From an uncultured Cellvibrionales bacterium (GTDB lineage: Bacteria > Pseudomonadota > Gammaproteobacteria > Pseudomonadales > GM7GCV1), in NCBI GenBank assembly GCA_913063225.1, contig CAJXYP010000019.1, positions 1,178-65,177 of the forward strand: a stretch of 64,000 nt of DNA, read 5' to 3'. Below are positions 63,960-64,000 of this stretch, piece after piece (the stretch's first letter is position 1; every line of letters starts with the position of its first letter). The position numbers and the translations under genes were made by a program. The notes under the pieces were generated by a model. It had not been told where the DNA came from. It made no database searches and worked only from the letters and a program-made list of their open reading frames with translations.

Positions 63960-64000
63960 AAACTGAAGAGTTTGATCATGGCTCAGATTGAACGCTGGCG
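63960..64000 (+). rRNA. rrs: 16S ribosomal RNA, 5' end (continues beyond the window)
   Basis: AAACTGAAGAGTTTGATCATGGCTCAGATTGAACGCTGGCG is the universal bacterial 16S 5' terminus, and the ATTGAACGCTGGCG variant is typical of gammaproteobacteria. Confidence 0.95.

Overview
The window looks like a chromosomal segment of a marine-type gammaproteobacterium. The evidence is the purD-purH-fis-dusB-prmA and aroQ-accB gene order, rapA, and the 16S rRNA 5' end at the right edge. Most of it is housekeeping: purine, ubiquinone, heme and arginine genes, PBP1B, tyrS, rapA, erpA and a bactofilin.

Two riboswitch-controlled vitamin modules can be read directly from the sequence:
- A TPP riboswitch (about 8010-8106, minus strand) heads a thiamine uptake and salvage operon: TonB receptor, YkoF-like protein, PnuC-family transporter and a ThiK-like kinase.
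- An FMN riboswitch (24074-24217, minus strand) heads ribH.

A soxR gene sits beside a textbook SoxR box. A 4-gene DUF1513 / imelysin / di-heme DUF1111 / imelysin cluster has a candidate Fur box upstream.

The most unusual region is an AT-rich island at about 34.3-41.3 kb. Nearly all its genes are on the minus strand, separated by imperfect palindromic repeats with TAAC...GTTA ends that resemble integron attC sites. No integrase is present in the window. Inside the island is a tightly packed 4-gene nickel superoxide dismutase operon (unknown 147 aa, His-rich 70-aa membrane protein, sodN, sodX). It is preceded by five tandem GATAAT hexamers that contain a perfect 19-bp Fur-box consensus.

The window also carries many small gene lesions:
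- a UspA-family gene containing a (GGCAAA)11 repeat and a frameshift
- an accB stub with accC missing
- a 16-bp tandem duplication in a small membrane-protein gene
- a response regulator with an in-frame TAG
- a truncated sulfatase
- a frameshifted outer-membrane protein gene

Several of these lesions sit at A/T homopolymers, so sequencing error and genuine gene decay cannot be told apart from this window alone.

I saw no CRISPR array, tRNA gene, transposase or integrase. All family assignments come from reading motifs by eye; no database search was run.
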